Shown here in pieces: positions 1 through 9,041 of a DNA stretch of 64,000 bases. The stretch covers positions 1-64,000 of the forward strand of contig JBFJHJ010000014.1 of assembly GCA_041613315.1 (NCBI GenBank), in the 5' to 3' direction. A program made the translations under genes and the position numbers. Each line of letters begins with the position of its first letter. The first letter of the stretch is position 1. The notes beneath the pieces were generated by a model. It had not been told where the DNA came from and searched no databases. It saw nothing but the letters and a program-made list of their open reading frames with translations. This stretch comes from Gemmatimonadales bacterium (GTDB lineage: Bacteria > Gemmatimonadota > Gemmatimonadetes > Gemmatimonadales > GWC2-71-9).

Positions 1-238
1 GTGCAGCGTCACCCGCATCACTCCCGGTGGGTCGTGCGCGGGACCGATCCGTTCGGGAGGCCGAGATGGCGGCCGTAACGCCGCCCGCGCGGCGCAGCGG
101 CCGCTTCCGGTCCGTGAGCTCGAGTGCTTCGGCACCGGAGCGTGGGGTGGACACGCGGTAAGCGTTCTTGGCCAGATGATGCGCGACGAGAGCCGTGATG
201 TCGGGCTCATCATGGACGACCAGCGCGCTTGCCGTCAT
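1..238 (-). pseudogene. Degenerate response-regulator receiver N-terminus (PhoB/OmpR-like); runs off the window edge
   Basis: Minus-strand translation from ATG 238: MTASALVVHDEPDITALVAHHLAKNAYRVSTPRSGAEALELTDRKRP, then unrelated sequence before the phospho-Asp strand. Confidence 0.6.
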
Positions 239-389
239 GTGTGTTCGCGGCGCGCCGCGTCGAATATGACGGGGGTGGCGAGATTGCGCGCTGGCCCCGC
301 GCGATGCAGATTCCCGCGCGCGGCGAACGGAAGGTCGGCCGAATCGCGAGCCACCGTCCCCGTGCCGCGCAGCCTGAGGAGGCGTCGTC

Positions 390-1013
390 GTGCGGCTCCC
401 GAAACTCCTACCCAGAGAAGAATCCTTTTTCGATCTCTTCATCGAGGCAGCAACCCGCGTGCACGAGGCCGCGGGCCACCTGCATGAACTGTTCGCCGGC
501 GGGCCGGACAAGGTGGCCTACTGTGTGGACGTCATCAAGCGGCTGGAGCACGAGGCCGATGAGATCACTCACGAAGTGGTGACGCGGCTCGACCGCACGT
601 TCATCACGCCGATCGACCGGGAAGACATTCACATGCTCGCCTCCGATCTGGACGATGTGATCGACCGGATCGACGGCACCGCGCGGCGGGTGCAGATCTT
701 CCGACTAGGGAACGCCCCCGAGGGCATCGTCGAGCTGTGCGAGATCATCCGCCGGATCACCGGCGAGGTCGCCGTGGCCATCGGCAAGCTCCGCGGCAAG
801 AACGACGTCATGGCCCACTGCATCGAGGCCAAGCGCCTCGAGGAGGAAGGCGACGCCCTGTACCACGAGATGCTCGGCCGCCTGTTCGACCGAGAGACCG
901 ACCCGATCGCGCTCATCAAGTGGAAGGAGATCTACGACAACCTTGAGGACACGATTGACGAGTCCGAGGACGTGGCGAACGACCTCGAATCGATCATCCT
1001 GAAGCACGGGTGA
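390..1013 (+). CDS. DUF47 / PhoU-like phosphate transport regulator
   Basis: IKRLEHEADEI, FITPIDREDI and IKWKEIY motifs; overlaps the PiT gene. Confidence 0.92.
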   Translation: MRLPKLLPREESFFDLFIEAATRVHEAAGHLHELFAGGPDKVAYCVDVIKRLEHEADEITHEVVTRLDRTFITPIDREDIHMLASDLDDVIDRIDGTARRVQIFRLGNAPEGIVELCEIIRRITGEVAVAIGKLRGKNDVMAHCIEAKRLEEEGDALYHEMLGRLFDRETDPIALIKWKEIYDNLEDTIDESEDVANDLESIILKHG

Positions 1014-2047
1014 TGGTCGACGCGGTCTGGTTCGTGCTGGCGATCGTCGGGGTCGCCTTCGTCTTCGACTTCATCAACGGATTTCACGACGCCGCCAACA
1101 GCATCGCGACGATCGTCTCAACGCGCGTGCTCTCTCCGGTCGCCGCCGTCGCGTGGGCGGCCTTTTTCAACTTCGCCGCGGCGTTCGGGTTCGGGACCGC
1201 GGTGGCCAAGACGATCGGCAGTGGACTGATCGATATCTCGATCGTGGATCCGCTGGTGGTCCTCGCCGGATTGCTGGGCGCGATCGCGTGGGATCTCGTC
1301 ACGTGGTACTTCGGCATTCCGTCCAGTTCCTCACATGCCTTGATTGGCGGCTACGGCGGCGCGGCCGTCGCCAAGGCCGGCATCGACGCCCTGATCCTCG
1401 GGGGATGGGTGAAGCCCATCCTTTTCATCGCCGTGGCCCCGGTCCTCGGCATGGCGCTCGGCCTGGGGCTCATGGTCGCGACGGCCTGGATCTTCCGCCG
1501 TGCCACCCCACGGGGCATGGACACGTACTTTCGCGCGCTGCAGCTCGTCTCCTCCGCCGCGTTCAGCCTGAGTCACGGCACCAATGACGCGCAGAAGACT
1601 ATGGGGATCATCGTCGGGCTGTTGGTGTCGTCGCAGCACCTGTTCGTCGACTTCCCCGTCCAGGCGTTCCACCTGACGACCACCGCGGAGATCCCGACCT
1701 GGGTCATTCTCTCCGCCCACGCGGCCATCGCGGCTGGCACGTTTTCCGGCGGGTGGCGTATCGTGAAGACCATGGGCTCGCGTCTCACCAAGCTCACACC
1801 GGTGCACGGCTTCTGCGCGGAGACCGGCGGAGCGATCTCCGTGTTCCTCGCCACGGGGTTGGGGATTCCGGTGAGCACGACGCACACCATCACCGGATCC
1901 ATCGTCGGCGTGGGGTCGGCGCACCGGCTGTCGGCGGTGCGGTGGGGCCTCGCGGGGCGGATCATCTGGGCGTGGTTCCTGACGATTCCCGCGTCGGCCG
2001 GGATCGGGGGGATCGCGTATCTGCTGCTGCACGTATTCGTGCGCTGA
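1010..2047 (+). CDS. pit: Inorganic phosphate transporter, PiT family
   Basis: NGFHDAANSIAT, PSSSSHA, HGTNDAQK and PVSTTH signatures. Confidence 0.95.
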   Translation: MMVDAVWFVLAIVGVAFVFDFINGFHDAANSIATIVSTRVLSPVAAVAWAAFFNFAAAFGFGTAVAKTIGSGLIDISIVDPLVVLAGLLGAIAWDLVTWYFGIPSSSSHALIGGYGGAAVAKAGIDALILGGWVKPILFIAVAPVLGMALGLGLMVATAWIFRRATPRGMDTYFRALQLVSSAAFSLSHGTNDAQKTMGIIVGLLVSSQHLFVDFPVQAFHLTTTAEIPTWVILSAHAAIAAGTFSGGWRIVKTMGSRLTKLTPVHGFCAETGGAISVFLATGLGIPVSTTHTITGSIVGVGSAHRLSAVRWGLAGRIIWAWFLTIPASAGIGGIAYLLLHVFVR

Positions 2048-2182
2048 CGCACGGCGTCGTCGGATTGCGCACGGTCCACCGCCCGGTCAGATTCCGCACG
2101 CCATGCCGACTCGCCCGCTCGTCTCCCGGTACTTGCCGGCGTCCGCTGCGTGCGGAGCCGCTCGTCTGTCCGGGAGCGCGCG

Positions 2183-2425
2183 GTGAGCGGGACGGTCCGC
2201 GCCTTCATCAACGAGAGGGCGGTGACCGTTCCGGGCGGCACCTCGCTGCGCGACGCCGTGGCACAGCGCGATCCCGCCTTGGCGGCGGCCCTCGCGGACG
2301 GCACGGCGTACGCCACCGACGGCGTCGGACGCCGTCTCGATCCTACCACCACGCTCACCGCCGGCGCTATCGTTCGGATCGTCCGCTCAGTTCGCGTGGC
2401 AGGCCCCGCCCGAGACGCGTCGTGA
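2183..2425 (+). CDS. Small ThiS/MoaD-like (beta-grasp) protein
   Basis: FINERAVTVPGGTSLRDAV...LTAGAIVRIV pattern; GTG start preceded by GGGAG; stop overlaps the add start. Confidence 0.55.
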   Translation: MSGTVRAFINERAVTVPGGTSLRDAVAQRDPALAAALADGTAYATDGVGRRLDPTTTLTAGAIVRIVRSVRVAGPARDAS

Positions 2426-3447
2426 CCCTCACCAGAGATCAGGTACGCCGCCTGCCCAAGGCGGAACTCCACGTGCACCTGGACGGGTGCATCCGCCCGG
2501 CCACGATGATCGCGTTGGCCCGGGCCCAGGGGGTGGCGCTCCCCGCCGCCGACCCCGCGGCGCTCGCCCGGGCCATGCTCGTGCGCGACGCCAACAGCCT
2601 CGAGGAGTACCTGGAGCGCTATGAGGTCACCTTGTCGGTGATGCAAACCGCCCAGGCATTGGAACGGATTGCCTACGAGTTCGTGGTGGATTCGGCGTCG
2701 GAGAACGTGCGCTATGTGGAGGCGCGTTACTGTCCGGCCCTCCACACGCCGGCGCTCTCGCTCACGCAGGCGATCGAAGCGCCCCTCGCCGGGCTCGCCC
2801 GCGGCGAGCGCGAGACCGGCACGGCGGCCCGGCTCATCATCTGTGGGCTCCGCACGCTGGCCCCGTCGGTCTCCGCCGACCTGGCGCGCGCGGCGGTGGA
2901 CTATCACGGCGACGGTGTCGTCGCGTTCGACCTCGCCGGCGCCGAGCGCGGGCACCCCGCGCGCGCCCACGCGGCGGCGTTCGAGTACGCCCTGGGCCAT
3001 GGACTCGCCTGCACCTGTCACGCGGGCGAAGGAGATGGCCCCGCCTCCATCCGCGAGGCACTCCACGTCTGCGGGGCGCAGCGCATCGGACACGGTACGC
3101 GCCTCTTCGAGGACCCCGATCTCGAAGCGGAGGTGTGCGATCGAGGCATTCCGCTGGAGGTCTGTCTCACGTCGAACATCCACACCCACACGGTGGAACA
3201 GGTGCGCGACCATCCCGTGCGGCGTTACCTCGACCGGGGATGTACCGTGACGCTCAACTGCGACAGCCGGCTGATGGACGGCATCACGCTCACCGACGAG
3301 TACTGGCTGGCTCACACCCAGCTCGGCTGTGACCGGGCGGAGCTGGAGCGGATCCTCCTCGCGACGTTCAGCAGCGCGTTCCTGCCCGATGCGGAGAAGG
3401 CCGCGCTCGTGGCACAGGTCACGCGCGAACTCAAGGAGACGCCATGA
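2422..3447 (+). CDS. add: Adenosine deaminase
   Basis: LPKAELHVHLDG, HAGE, RIGHG and EVCLTSN motifs. Confidence 0.95.
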   Translation: MTLTRDQVRRLPKAELHVHLDGCIRPATMIALARAQGVALPAADPAALARAMLVRDANSLEEYLERYEVTLSVMQTAQALERIAYEFVVDSASENVRYVEARYCPALHTPALSLTQAIEAPLAGLARGERETGTAARLIICGLRTLAPSVSADLARAAVDYHGDGVVAFDLAGAERGHPARAHAAAFEYALGHGLACTCHAGEGDGPASIREALHVCGAQRIGHGTRLFEDPDLEAEVCDRGIPLEVCLTSNIHTHTVEQVRDHPVRRYLDRGCTVTLNCDSRLMDGITLTDEYWLAHTQLGCDRAELERILLATFSSAFLPDAEKAALVAQVTRELKETP

Positions 3448-4829
3448 CGGTTCTGTTCCTGGCGCAAACGGCCGCCGAGCAGCTCGCGGCCGCCCGGGAG
3501 GGTCTCGACACGCCGTTCCTGGAGCGTCTCGTGGGGCTCGTCGGCATCGCCGTCATGATCAGCATCGCGTGGGCGCTCTCGGTGAGCCGACGAACAGTCA
3601 ACTGGCGACTCGTCGGTATCGGCGTCGCGCTCCAGGGCGTCTTCGGGTTTCTGGTGCTCAAGACGGGCGTGGGTCGCGCGCTCTTCCGCGGCGCCAACGC
3701 CGTGTTCATTCGGCTCCTCGGCTTCACGCAGGAAGGGGCGGCGTTCATCTTCGGCAACATCGTGAACAACAACGTGCCGGTCGGCCCGGTGACGCCCGGC
3801 GGTCCCCCCGCCACGGCGGCGCTCCAGTCGGTCGAGATGTGGGCGAACACCGGCGCGTTCTTCGCCTTCGGCGTGCTCCCCACCATCATTTTCTTCTCGT
3901 CGCTCATGTCGGTGCTGTACTACCTGGGCATCATGCAGTCGATCGTCCGGGGGATCGCGTGGGTGATGCAGCGCATCCTGGGGACCTCGGGGGCGGAGAC
4001 CCTGTCCGTGGCGGGGAACATCTTCGTCGGCCAGACCGAGGCGCCGCTCCTCATCAAGCCGTTCGTCGGCACCATGACGTATTCGGAGCTCAACACGGTG
4101 ATGGTCGGCGGATTTGCCACGATCGCCGGCGGGGTGATGGCGGCGTACGTGGCGATGCTGTCGCCGTTCTTCCCCGACATCGCGGGGCATCTCTTGACCG
4201 CGAGCGTGATGAACGCGCCGGCCGCGCTGGTGATCTCCAAGGTACTGGTGCCCGAGCTGGGCGAGCCCAAGACCAAGGGCACGATCCGCTTGGCGATCGC
4301 CAAGGAAGACGCGAACGTGATCGATGCCGCCGCCGCCGGTGCAGCGCAAGGGCTGCGGCTCGCGCTCAACGTCGCCGCGATGCTCCTCGCCTTCGTCGCC
4401 CTCATCGCCCTCCTCAACGCGCTGATCGGCGGCGGGGGACGGGTGGTCGGGATCGAGAACCTCACCATGGAGCGGATCTTCGGCTGGATCCTGGCGCCAC
4501 TGGCCTGGCTGATGGGGGCGCCGTGGTCGGATGCGGGCCAGGTGGGGGCGCTCATCGGCGTGAAGACGGTCCTCACCGAGTTCATCGCCTACTTGCAGCT
4601 CGCCGGCATTCTGAACGCCGGCAGCGGGCTGTCCCCGCGCGGCACCATCATCGCCACGTACGCCCTACTGGGGTTCGCGAACCTGCCCTCCATCGCGATC
4701 CAGATCGGCGGCATCGGCGGGATCGCCCCCGAGCGACGCAGCGACTTGTCGCGGCTGGGCCTGCGCGCGATGATCGGCGGCAACCTGGCGGCGTTCATGA
4801 GCGCGAGCCTGGCGGGGATGCTGCTGTGA
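3444..4829 (+). CDS. Concentrative nucleoside transporter (NupC/CNT family)
   Basis: NIFVGQTEAP, GFATIAG and GFANLPSIAIQIGG motifs; multi-TM. Confidence 0.93.
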   Translation: MTVLFLAQTAAEQLAAAREGLDTPFLERLVGLVGIAVMISIAWALSVSRRTVNWRLVGIGVALQGVFGFLVLKTGVGRALFRGANAVFIRLLGFTQEGAAFIFGNIVNNNVPVGPVTPGGPPATAALQSVEMWANTGAFFAFGVLPTIIFFSSLMSVLYYLGIMQSIVRGIAWVMQRILGTSGAETLSVAGNIFVGQTEAPLLIKPFVGTMTYSELNTVMVGGFATIAGGVMAAYVAMLSPFFPDIAGHLLTASVMNAPAALVISKVLVPELGEPKTKGTIRLAIAKEDANVIDAAAAGAAQGLRLALNVAAMLLAFVALIALLNALIGGGGRVVGIENLTMERIFGWILAPLAWLMGAPWSDAGQVGALIGVKTVLTEFIAYLQLAGILNAGSGLSPRGTIIATYALLGFANLPSIAIQIGGIGGIAPERRSDLSRLGLRAMIGGNLAAFMSASLAGMLL

Positions 4830-4857
4830 CGGGGGCTCCTCCCCTTCCCCCCGACGC

Positions 4858-4940
4858 AGCGGTCGGACGGACAGGCGGTAGGTGATCGTGCCGAAACGCG
4901 CTCCCATCCGTCCGGCTGTCCATCCGCCTGGTCGCCCGGG
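4858..4940. repeat. GGCGGWCR-type 8-bp-unit inverted repeat element overlapping the PNP 5' end
   Basis: gcggtcggacggacaggcggtagg ... ccatccgtccggctgtccatccgcctggtcgccc. Confidence 0.6.
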
Positions 4941-5775
4941 CGCGGACGGCTTGCCGCGTGCCGTCGCAGCCGTCGGCGAGCGGCTGGGGGACCTCCGGCC
5001 GCGGGTCGCCATCGTCCTAGGCTCCGGGCTCGGGGCACTGGCGCGCGCCGTCGAATCGGCCGTGACCGTGCCGTACGGGGAGATCCCGGGGTTCCCGCCC
5101 AGCGCCGTGGCGGGACACAGCGGGGAGCTCGTGGTGGGCCGGCTCGAGGGCGTGCCGGTCGTCCTGCAGAGCGGCCGGTTTCACCTGTACGAGGGGCATG
5201 CGCCCGAGACCGTGGCGCTGCCCATCCGACTGTTCGCGGCCCTGGGCGTCGAGATCCTGATCGTCACGAATGCCGCCGGCGGACTCCGGCTGACGTTTGC
5301 GCCGCCGGTCCTCATGCTCATCGCCGATCACATCAACCTGCTCTGGCGCAACCCCCTCTTCGGGCCGGTCGCCGAGGGCGAGACGCGGTTCCCGGACATG
5401 TCGGCCCCCTACGATGCGGGGCTCCGCGCCATCGCCCGCCACGTCGCGCGCGACGCAGGCATCGCACTCGAGGAGGGGGTGTACGCCGCCGTGCTCGGCC
5501 CCAGCTTCGAGACGCCCGCCGAAATCCGGATGCTCCAGCGGATCGGCGCGGACGCCGTGGGCATGTCCACGGTGCCGGAAGTCCTGGTGGCCCGCGCCCG
5601 GGGTCTCCGCGTATTGGGCGTGTCCACCATCGCGAACTACGGCGCCGGGATCACGCCCAACCGCCTCACCCACGAGGAGGTGCTCGAGGCGGGCCGGCAG
5701 GCGTCGCACGACTTGGAGACACTGGTCCGCGGCGTGCTGCGAGCGGCCGTGGGACGGGGCGGCGCAACACGCTAG
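4882..5775 (+). CDS. Purine-nucleoside phosphorylase (start uncertain)
   Basis: VLGSGLG, GRFHLYEG, TNAAGG, GPSFETPAE and VGMSTVPE motifs. Confidence 0.93.
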   Translation: MIVPKRAPIRPAVHPPGRPGADGLPRAVAAVGERLGDLRPRVAIVLGSGLGALARAVESAVTVPYGEIPGFPPSAVAGHSGELVVGRLEGVPVVLQSGRFHLYEGHAPETVALPIRLFAALGVEILIVTNAAGGLRLTFAPPVLMLIADHINLLWRNPLFGPVAEGETRFPDMSAPYDAGLRAIARHVARDAGIALEEGVYAAVLGPSFETPAEIRMLQRIGADAVGMSTVPEVLVARARGLRVLGVSTIANYGAGITPNRLTHEEVLEAGRQASHDLETLVRGVLRAAVGRGGATR

Positions 5776-5861
5776 CGCGCGCCCGCAACGGGCAGCCCCC
5801 CTGGGCAGCCCGGCCCTTTCGACCCGTGGTTGCACGCTCCCCTCTCTCTCCGCCCGTTGGT

Positions 5862-5889
5862 GCAACCCTCCTTCCCGACATGGTGTCCA
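5862..5889 (+). promoter_or_regulatory. Candidate ECF-sigma promoter GCAACC-N16-TGTCCA
   Basis: Same spacing as CCAACC-N16-CATCCA upstream of the second ECF gene. Confidence 0.45.
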
Positions 5890-5932
5890 TGAAGTGGAAC
5901 CGCGGAACCCACCCAACGAGCTCGGGGGTCGG

Positions 5933-6316
5933 TTGGACGAGACGGGACTGATCCGCCGGGTCAGGGCGGGCGAACCTGCGGCAGAACGGGCGCTGTACGA
6001 CGCGCACGTGGATCGCGTGTATCGGCTCGCGTACCGGATGACGGGCGATGACGACCTCGCCCGGGACTGCACGCAGGAGACGTTCATCCGCGCGTTCGAC
6101 CGGCTCGACCAGTTCCGTGGGGAGGCGGTGATCGGCACGTGGCTCACGGCGATCGCCACCTCGGTGGTGCTCAACGCGCTCCGCAAAGTGAAGCGGTTCC
6201 GGCGAGAGCACCGCGATCCCCGGGTCCGCAAACAGGCGATCTTTTGGCTCGGGCGCAGCGGCGACCCCCGGGCGCTCGTGCTCCTCGAAGAGCTGCTGAC
6301 GACGCCTACCCCGTAA
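5933..6316 (+). pseudogene. Truncated ECF sigma factor (region 2 only) fused in frame to a HEAT-repeat C-terminal fragment
   Basis: ARDCTQETFIRAF...FRGEAVIGTWL, followed by HRDPRVRKQAIFWLGRSGDPRALVLLEELL; no region 4. Confidence 0.7.
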
Positions 6317-7043
6317 GCCGCTCGCGGCCGTAGACCGTGACGGACGACCCCACCGCGAAGAGCGCCGCCGCCGGCGGCGAGCCGTTCAAGATCTTCCACT
6401 CTTCCCCACACAGCTTCGCGAAGTCGATCTGGTAGTCGACCGTCGTGTGCTCCCGTACGGCCCACGGGGGTCGCGTGAGCCCGAATCGGTAGAGTCGGCC
6501 CCGCCGATCGACGCCGAACCCCCAATGCCGCTCCGCCAAGTGGTGCGCCAGCGAGTCCGCCCCGGGGACGGCGCTCGCCGCCGACCCGACGGCGGATAGG
6601 TGGTACCGCAGCACCCGCGGGCCGAAGTGATGCACGGCAGTCCGTCGGTCGTCCACGTCGGCCGCGCGGCTCACGTGGGCGATCGTCCGGTACGGTTGCC
6701 CCGCGAGCAGACGGGCGGCGTGAGCCACGGGCGCACTGCGCACGAACTGCCGGAGGAACAGCACGCCCAGTGTATGCCGCCACCGCACGTAGGTGCGCAG
6801 GTTGAGCACGGGAAACGCCGCCAGGCCGGGAACGCGGATACCCAGGACGCGCGTCTCGCGGAAGTCGAGAGCCACGAGGGTCACCTGCGCCGTGCCGTTC
6901 CAGCGATCGAGCTCGAGACCGTCGGGGAGTCGAGGACGGAGGAGTCCGTCCGGGACGGTGAACGACAGGAGGATCAGGTCGCTCCACTGGGCGGTGAGGA
7001 GTGGGCGGGCGCGAGGCGTGTCGGGTGCGGGAGGCGCGGGCAT
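6306..7043 (-). CDS. DUF2071 (YqjF-like) protein
   Basis: LTAQWSDLILLSF, LPDGLELD, FPVLNLRTYV and ERHWGF motifs. Confidence 0.85.
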   Translation of the reverse strand: MPAPPAPDTPRARPLLTAQWSDLILLSFTVPDGLLRPRLPDGLELDRWNGTAQVTLVALDFRETRVLGIRVPGLAAFPVLNLRTYVRWRHTLGVLFLRQFVRSAPVAHAARLLAGQPYRTIAHVSRAADVDDRRTAVHHFGPRVLRYHLSAVGSAASAVPGADSLAHHLAERHWGFGVDRRGRLYRFGLTRPPWAVREHTTVDYQIDFAKLCGEEWKILNGSPPAAALFAVGSSVTVYGRERLTG

Positions 7044-7132
7044 GGCGACCAGGGTAGTATATCTTGAACATATCGCGCCTGGCGCCCCGCGCCGCTCATC
7101 CTTGGACGCCCCATCCCGAGGAGTTGGTCCCG

Positions 7133-8569
7133 ATGAATCAGTTGCGTCACGCCCTCGTCGTGGTTCTCGCGTCGTCGCTGGCTGCCTGCGCCACCAACCC
7201 GGCCACCGGCGATCGGCAGCTCATGCTCGTTTCGGAGGGGCAGGAGATCCGAATGGGCCAGCAGGCCGATCCGGAGATCATCGCGCAGTACGGGCTCGCA
7301 CCCGATTCGTCGCTCCAGCGGTACGTGCGCGGCATCGGTGAGCGGCTGAAGGCGGTGGCGGAGCGGCCGAATCTTCCCTGGACGTTTCGCGTCGTCGACG
7401 ATCCCGCCATCAACGCCTTTGCGGTGCCGGGCGGCTTCATCTACATGACGCGCGGCATCCTCGCCCACCTCAATTCGGAAGCCGAACTGGCGTCCGTGAT
7501 GGGCCACGAGCTCGGGCACGTCACGGCGCGGCACTCCGCGAATCAGATGAGCCGGGCCCAGCTCGCGCAGGCCGGCCTCGTGGCGGGGATGATCCTCGCG
7601 CCGGATCTCCAGGACGTCGCGGGGGCCGCGAGCGTCGGCCTCGGACTCATGTTCCTGCGCTTCAGTCGTGACGATGAACGCCAGGCCGACGATCTGGGCC
7701 TCCGCTACATCAACCGGCTCAGCTACGACCTGCGGGAGATGCCGAAGGTGTTCGACATGCTGTCGCAGGTGAGCCGCGCGAGCGGCGGCAGCCGACTTCC
7801 CGGCTGGCTGTCCACGCACCCCGATCCGGAAGATCGCGAGGCACGTCTCCAGCGCCGGATCGACTCGATCCCTCCGCTGACCGGTGCCCTGGTGCGGCGC
7901 GACGAGTTCTTGCGCGCGCTCGACGGCATGACCTACGGCGAAAACCCGCGGGAGGGCTACCTACGCGGGCAGACGTTCATTCATCCGGACCTGGGGTTCT
8001 GGATCGACTTTCCTACGCAGTGGCAGGTGAGCAACCAGCGGCAGGCCGTGGTGGCGCAGAGCCCTCGGCGTGACGCCGTCATGGAGTTGACGATCTCGCC
8101 GCACTCCACGCCGGAGGCCGCGGCCAGCGCCTTCCTGGCGCAGCAGGGAGTGTCGGGCGGACCGGTCCGGTACGGCGACATCAACGGGAACCGCGAGGCG
8201 CACACGACGTTCCGAGCTACCACGCAACAGGGGGCGGTCAGTGGGCTCGTGGTGTTTGTCGTTTTCGACCGGCGCGTGTACCGCCTCCTGGGGATGACGG
8301 AACGGGACGTGTGGCGCGCGTACGAGGCCGAGATCCGAGGGACCTTCGGGACTTTCGATCGCGCGTCCGACCAGAACGCGCTCAGCGTCCAGCCGCTCAC
8401 GCTGGAAATCGTGCGGCTCGATCGTGCGATGACGTTGCGGGAGTTCGCCAGCCGCTCTCCGTCGCAGGTCTCGCTCGAGTCGCTCGCGTTGATCAATCGC
8501 GTGGATCCGGACAACCGGCTGGAGGCGGGCCGCCTGGTCAAGCGCGTCGTCGGCGGTCCGTTGCCGTGA
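7133..8569 (+). CDS. M48-family zinc metalloprotease lipoprotein
   Basis: Lipobox LAAC-ATNPATG; INAFAVPGG, HELGH, ERQAD and STHP motifs. Confidence 0.92.
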   Translation: MNQLRHALVVVLASSLAACATNPATGDRQLMLVSEGQEIRMGQQADPEIIAQYGLAPDSSLQRYVRGIGERLKAVAERPNLPWTFRVVDDPAINAFAVPGGFIYMTRGILAHLNSEAELASVMGHELGHVTARHSANQMSRAQLAQAGLVAGMILAPDLQDVAGAASVGLGLMFLRFSRDDERQADDLGLRYINRLSYDLREMPKVFDMLSQVSRASGGSRLPGWLSTHPDPEDREARLQRRIDSIPPLTGALVRRDEFLRALDGMTYGENPREGYLRGQTFIHPDLGFWIDFPTQWQVSNQRQAVVAQSPRRDAVMELTISPHSTPEAAASAFLAQQGVSGGPVRYGDINGNREAHTTFRATTQQGAVSGLVVFVVFDRRVYRLLGMTERDVWRAYEAEIRGTFGTFDRASDQNALSVQPLTLEIVRLDRAMTLREFASRSPSQVSLESLALINRVDPDNRLEAGRLVKRVVGGPLP

Positions 8570-8626
8570 GGCGGTTGGGGTGCCAGGGGGAGGAGCGGTC
8601 GTCAGGTCTCGCCGCAGGCTGAACCG

Positions 8627-9034
8627 GTGAGCGCCCACCGCGCCATGCGGTTGGTCCACGGCAGTCTCGTCGGGGGCGTCGCGGTCATTATGACGGCGCT
8701 GGCGTTCGTCCGCGAGGTCGCGGCGCCCGCCGCGAGGCCGGACCTGCTCCCGGTCTTTCGCGCCGTCGCGTTCGCGGAGTTGGCCGTGGCGATCGTGGTG
8801 GCGCGGGTCCTGTGGGCGCGGATCCCATCGCGGGCCCGTGCGACCGACGAGGCGGCGTGGTGGCGGGATGCCGCGGGGCCGGCCGTCGTCGTCTGGAGCC
8901 TCGCCGAAGGGTCGGCGTTGCTGGGCGGGGTGCTGTGGTTCCTGACCGGCGATCCGTGGATCCTCATCGGCGTGACGGGGGTGGCGCTCGCGATCCTCGT
9001 GGCCTCCCGGCCGGGCCGGCTGGCGGAGCGCTAA
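8627..9034 (+). CDS. Hypothetical membrane protein
   Basis: About four hydrophobic segments; fills the gap between neighbours. Confidence 0.6.
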   Translation: MSAHRAMRLVHGSLVGGVAVIMTALAFVREVAAPAARPDLLPVFRAVAFAELAVAIVVARVLWARIPSRARATDEAAWWRDAAGPAVVVWSLAEGSALLGGVLWFLTGDPWILIGVTGVALAILVASRPGRLAER

Positions 9035-9041
9035 CGGGCGG

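Noticed and set aside
1573..3315. Long antisense and alternative-frame ORFs (also 5017-7071, 29541-31472, 38551-40875, 50783-52324)
   Set aside because: Shadow ORFs expected at high GC; they overlap well-supported genes and show no motifs
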